IMG/VR virus record: IMGVR_UViG_3300037488_003551
Coordinates: 32,001-96,000 of that record
Reading direction: 5' to 3' (one strand)
Source: a virus
DNA length: 64,000 nt
The position numbers were made by a program, and so were the translations under genes. The notes beneath the pieces are model-generated. The model did no database searches. It had not been told where the DNA came from and was given only the letters and a program-made list of their open reading frames with translations. This document shows, one piece after another, positions 62,244 through 64,000 of this stretch; the stretch's first letter is position 1, and the number at the start of each line of letters is the position of its first letter.

Positions 62244-63734
62244 GTGGACAATTCTATGCTCGACAAAGCCCTCGGCTTCATTTCGTCTGTGCAAGATGCG
62301 CGTAAAGAGGGCCGAGATGAGCTCATGCGAACTATTCTCCCTGAGGTGTTGCAGCCTGAGGAATTAAAACAGGCTGCTGCCCCTATGAAGGAGGAAGCCT
62401 CCAAGACGCTCCATGCGCCTAAGTACGACAGGCGTATGAAGTTCAACACTGCCCTCGAGCGAAGTCAGAACAAGGCGACAAGCGAGGAGCCAGTACGGGC
62501 TGAAGAAGACCCGGCGTGGTTGAAGGAGGCAGCGGAGAAGGTTGCTATTTCGGAAGGACTTGCTATCAGAGCTCTTACACGTGCGACGGAGGGTGCTACT
62601 GATGCGGCATCTGCTTTTAAAGCAATAAATAAATACCCGCGTATTAATTTACGAGCCCAAGGTGTAACGGACCCTACGATAAGGCGAGAAGCCTTACCAT
62701 ATTTTAAGGAGTATACTGAAGCCGCTTCGCAGGTTGCTAATCCAGCAGCACTTACACCAGAAATGTCTGAAAGTCTTTTTTCTCGTCTATTTTCGTCTCA
62801 AAATAGATTGGGAGAAATTCTTGGCAAGCAAGCTGGTGATCCAGATTTTGATGGCATCACGGGAAGAGAAGGCGTGGTCACAGTTGAGGATGAGCTCGAG
62901 CGCACGCCTCCGCTGCCTATCGAAGAGCCAATGGAATATGACGTGGCGAATAAGCCTGTAATGCAGAAGTTGGCTCTTGCTGACCCCCCCCCAGTAAATA
63001 AAGGAATTTTCGAAGTAGCTGAACCTACAGCATCAGAAAAAGCTCTACCTATCGTAGGTGGCCTAAGCGCGGGTATCCTCCCCCTGACTGGAGCTTTTTT
63101 TAATCCAAATCCTTCGCTGAAATCTTTAGGAGTCGCAGGATTGGCTAGCGCTGGATTCGGGTTGGGAACTTACGGCCTCTTGCGGCATAGACAGAATAAG
63201 CATCGAGAACAAGCTCAGAAATTCGTTGATCGCCTTAATGCTGTGGCACGTTCTCCCATGGAAGATTTTGCGAGAGCTGAAATTGAGAATGTAAATAAGA
63301 CCGCCGCTTATCCCGAGGATGAGTCTTTCACTCAGCGTCATCCCTGGGTTCTTCCTGCGGGCGTAGGCCTTCTTGGGGCGGCAGCGGGGGCAATTCCAGG
63401 AGGACTTTTAGGCGGAAGGCACGCAGTAAAATCTGTTACGAAGCGTTATAATAAACGCTTGGCGGACCTAGGTACTGAATTCTCAGATGCTACTAACATC
63501 TACGGAGGAGCGGCTGCAGGTAAAGCAACATCTAAAGCTAAACTAGATGAATTAGAGCGTGCTGCACGCGACGCGGAAAAGGCTTTCGCCAAAGCTACCG
63601 AAAACAAACCCGACCTCGGGTATCACAAAGCTTTAGGCCATGTCGGCGGCGGCACCCTCGGGGGCCTCACGGGCGGTTCCCTTGGCGTGCTCGGGGGCTT
63701 AGCTGCCAACAAGCCCCAGCCCTGGGAACAGTAG
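62244..63734 (+). CDS. Multi-module glycine-zipper cargo protein punctuated by KxA motifs (496 aa)
   Basis: LKQAA, LKEAAEKVA, GKQA, MQKLA and NKTAA precede distinct modules; two zipper pairs. Confidence 0.75.
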   Translation: MDNSMLDKALGFISSVQDARKEGRDELMRTILPEVLQPEELKQAAAPMKEEASKTLHAPKYDRRMKFNTALERSQNKATSEEPVRAEEDPAWLKEAAEKVAISEGLAIRALTRATEGATDAASAFKAINKYPRINLRAQGVTDPTIRREALPYFKEYTEAASQVANPAALTPEMSESLFSRLFSSQNRLGEILGKQAGDPDFDGITGREGVVTVEDELERTPPLPIEEPMEYDVANKPVMQKLALADPPPVNKGIFEVAEPTASEKALPIVGGLSAGILPLTGAFFNPNPSLKSLGVAGLASAGFGLGTYGLLRHRQNKHREQAQKFVDRLNAVARSPMEDFARAEIENVNKTAAYPEDESFTQRHPWVLPAGVGLLGAAAGAIPGGLLGGRHAVKSVTKRYNKRLADLGTEFSDATNIYGGAAAGKATSKAKLDELERAARDAEKAFAKATENKPDLGYHKALGHVGGGTLGGLTGGSLGVLGGLAANKPQPWEQ

Positions 63735-63801
63735 ACGCTCACCACTCCCTTCTCCTATAATTCTCCAGCACTATTCGTTTTCTAAGAGGAGGCGTCCGCC
63801 G

Positions 63802-64000
63802 ATGTCGAATAAGATTGACCTTTCAGGCGGGTTCAATCGCTTGAAGCCCCATAACATTGCGGAAACCAAGAACGCAATGTTTGCTCATGCGAAGACCTAC
63901 GCGAACCGCACAGCCCGGGAGGCGGATGCCACGCTCACCGCGGACGATATAAATACCGTCGCTATCCAAACTAACGAAAAGTCGATGTGGCTTTTGACAG
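63802..64000 (+). CDS. 5' end of a late gene (possible fibre/structural protein), truncated by window edge
   Basis: TATAATT at 63756, GAGGAGG, ATG 63802; frame is open to the end of the window. Confidence 0.6.
   Translation, partial: MSNKIDLSGGFNRLKPHNIAETKNAMFAHAKTYANRTAREADATLTADDINTVAIQTNEKSMWLLT

Noticed and set aside
444-63341. Many antisense/overlapping ORFs in the track (for example 2227-2928-, 4857-5519-, 27675-28310-, 29786-30433-)
   Set aside because: They are shadows of well-supported opposite-strand genes, lacking SD motifs or protein-like features.
1-64000. Genome-wide stop-codon reassignment
   Set aside because: Coding density is high under the standard code, and TAG, TGA and TAA all terminate genes with the next gene abutting. 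Only one internal TAG was seen.

Overview
This window looks like part of a large lytic myovirus-type (contractile-tail, probably jumbo) phage genome using the standard genetic code. It has three zones. (1) About 1-21.5 kb and 59-64 kb hold late/structural genes: tail sheath, probable tube, and a gp5/VgrG-like spike. They are interleaved with at least 13 glycine-zipper-rich or enzyme ORFs that share two short leader peptides usually ending in K-x-A. Their payloads are an ATP-grasp ligase, Nudix hydrolase, HExxH peptidase, SNF2 helicase and shuffled orphan modules. I infer a virion-packaged, protease-matured cargo/polyprotein system; this is the most interesting signal. (2) About 21.5-54.4 kb is a nearly all plus-strand run of about 90 small accessory ORFs with paralog arrays, a repeat-delimited cassette cluster, an HNH endonuclease and a BRO-N protein. 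(3) About 54.4-55.5 kb is an AT-rich intergenic region bracketed by a 31-bp inverted repeat and followed by a 1012-aa orphan. Two promoter-like motifs recur: TA(T/G/A)AATT, often 5-6 nt before a leaderless ATG, and A-run-N13-16-GGTANAAG. Two highly structured candidate ncRNAs (about 450 nt and 270 nt) each have their own promoter motif and terminator. All calls come from motifs read by eye; no database search was run.
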